From assembly GCA_965116885.1 (NCBI GenBank), contig OZ220741.1, forward strand, positions 2,112,001-2,176,000: a DNA stretch of 64,000 nt, written 5' to 3'. A program made the position numbers and the translations under genes. The notes beneath the pieces were generated by a model. That model did no database searches, was not told where the DNA came from, and worked only from the letters and a program-made list of their open reading frames with translations. Of this stretch, positions 62,668 to 64,000 are shown in pieces. Positions within the stretch are counted from its first letter, which is position 1, and each line of letters opens with the position of its first letter. The stretch comes from Candidatus Latescibacterota bacterium. Its GTDB lineage: Bacteria > Latescibacterota > UBA2968.

Positions 62668-62706
62668 AGAATCCTCCTGAAGAGTGTTGTAAGAAAATGC
62701 TGTCGA

Positions 62707-63729
62707 TCAAGCAGGTGTCAGGGCTTCTCTGGCAGCTTGAGCTTGAGGTGAGTTGGGATCGCGTCGTATGGCGCGATTCATAGCAAGATGTGCGCGTTCA
62801 TCTCCGGTTTTAGCCAGTTCGAGGGCTTCTGCAAAACCTTTCTCCGAATAGCTGAGGTCGCGGGGTATGATGCGATTATCCTGGTTTTCCCAATAGTATT
62901 TGAGGTCGTCGTTTTCCCAGTCTTTGTACACGTCTTCCCAGGTGAGATTGTTGAAGATGTTTAGATGGGGTTCGAGCATGTGCTCAGACAGGGTGTCGCC
63001 GAGTTTTTGATAGCGGTTGTCGAGGGAGACGCGAAGGCGGTCTTCGGTGAGGTTTGGTAGAGCCTGGTGTACCGTGAGTGCGGGGAAGATGAGGGTATCG
63101 CCGATTTCGTAGTTGGTGCTGTGCCATTGGCCTTCCAATTCGTCGGTGTGGATGCACAGGCCGCCCGCGCCCAGGGAGAAGTGGTGGTTCATCACGGCGT
63201 TGATTTTGTGAGAGCCGGGCAGTACGGCGAGGCCACCCAGTTCAATGGGGCAGTCGCCAACAGGTGCCCAGCAGGTGTAGGTGTCGAAGTTGCCCTGAAA
63301 GTGTACAAAGTCCTGGTGTATCGGTGTGGTGTGCGCCGTGTATTTCGGAAACCACAGGCGAGCGACTTTGTGCGGATGCGGGAAGACAGGGCCATCCATT
63401 ACTTTTTTGAGCAGGTCGAGAACTTCTGGTTCATGGGCAATGCGGTGAAAGGCTTCGAGTTTGTACACTTCGTGATATACGTCGGTGTATTCGGTGTCGC
63501 CTTCGGTACACTGTTTGGATATATCGGCAATGCCATCTATGGGGTCGGTTCCCTCGACGAGCCAGGGGGTCATTTTGTTGAGCATTTGTCGCCGCAAATC
63601 CCAGAGTTTGTCCGGGTTCTGCAATTTGCGAAAGAAGAGGTACCCTTCTTCATTGATGCGCCGCCGCAACTCTTCCGAATCGTCGATCGCGTCGTTGGAT
63701 ACGCGCAATTCTGCAATCTGGTCCGTCAT
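62707..63729 (-). CDS. Phytanoyl-CoA dioxygenase (PhyH) family Fe/2OG dioxygenase
   Basis: EEGYLFFR, TPIHQD, GGLAVLPGSH, TVHQALPN, RVSLDNR. Confidence 0.88.
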   Translation of the reverse strand: MTDQIAELRVSNDAIDDSEELRRRINEEGYLFFRKLQNPDKLWDLRRQMLNKMTPWLVEGTDPIDGIADISKQCTEGDTEYTDVYHEVYKLEAFHRIAHEPEVLDLLKKVMDGPVFPHPHKVARLWFPKYTAHTTPIHQDFVHFQGNFDTYTCWAPVGDCPIELGGLAVLPGSHKINAVMNHHFSLGAGGLCIHTDELEGQWHSTNYEIGDTLIFPALTVHQALPNLTEDRLRVSLDNRYQKLGDTLSEHMLEPHLNIFNNLTWEDVYKDWENDDLKYYWENQDNRIIPRDLSYSEKGFAEALELAKTGDERAHLAMNRAIRRDPNSPQAQAAREALTPA

Positions 63730-63945
63730 GGCCTGCTCCTGGGTTAATGAGGAGATTGGGGCGATTTCTCTTCGGGGGAATTGGTCTGCAATGTATAATT
63801 ATAGGCTTTATATATTAGAATGCAACCCAAATTAGCAAAAGACGTTTTAATTTTCATAACTCGCCGACCTCTGAAAGGGCATCGCAAACTTTGTTTGCCA
63901 AATTTGTGCAAATCTTCGATACTTAGGGGCTATTCGTTTCGCATT

Positions 63946-63973
63946 ACAGGCGGGTTGGGAAACCCGCCCCTAC
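63946..63973 (-). repeat. REP-like palindrome (GTAG family)
   Basis: Minus strand GTAG-gggcgggtttcccaacccgcc. Confidence 0.7.
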
Positions 63974-64000
63974 GTCTAATCACTGACAACTGAATCTGCC

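Noticed and set aside
63730..63945. Riboswitch or gene remnant upstream of the PhyH gene
   Set aside because: Only scattered GCAAA motifs and a short frame; no convincing consensus

Overview
64 kb of a gene-dense bacterial chromosome. The + strand is G/T-rich over most of the window, as expected for a leading strand. EF-hand/dockerin-like C-terminal tags, YVTN/NHL proteins and FCB-type lipoproteins suggest a Latescibacterota/Gemmatimonadota-like organism; this is inference only. Content in order: topA (partial)-xerC-higBA plus a small unannotated ORF; secreted Ig-like, pilin-like and matrixin/YVTN proteins; NHL-ubiA(mqnP)-ubiX; a minus-strand block with exonuclease-DinG, a truncated RelA/SpoT homologue with a degenerate synthetase, DUF1800/DUF1501 and an RNase II-like protein lacking its catalytic aspartates; sugar-acid oxidoreductases, HU, an FGE-fold protein and a solo GroES-like gene; a long + strand run holB-metG-[hicBA and cassette debris]-tatD-rsmA-ilvE-proC-hisH-hisF-proB-ftsB-recO-cNMP-AI-2E-valS-Gfo-cinA-2xSTAS; mltF; divergent thiC and thiOSG-tenI-thiD-thiE units, each with a TPP riboswitch; a NuoEF-like subunit plus a selenocysteine formate dehydrogenase (UGA and SECIS); and a PhyH / two lipoproteins / aromatic amino acid decarboxylase operon. 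Best novelty candidates: (1) a promoter-structured leader-terminator element encoding a Met/Pro/Val/His-rich 31-aa peptide ahead of the metG/pro/his/ilvE/valS run; (2) two adjacent lipoproteins with a shared 147-aa N-terminal module but unrelated ligand-binding heads, next to a decarboxylase; (3) degenerate integron-cassette debris around hicBA; (4) pseudo-enzymes (RNase II, RSH synthetase). No rRNA, tRNA or CRISPR array was recognised. All family calls come from motif recognition by eye; no database search was run.
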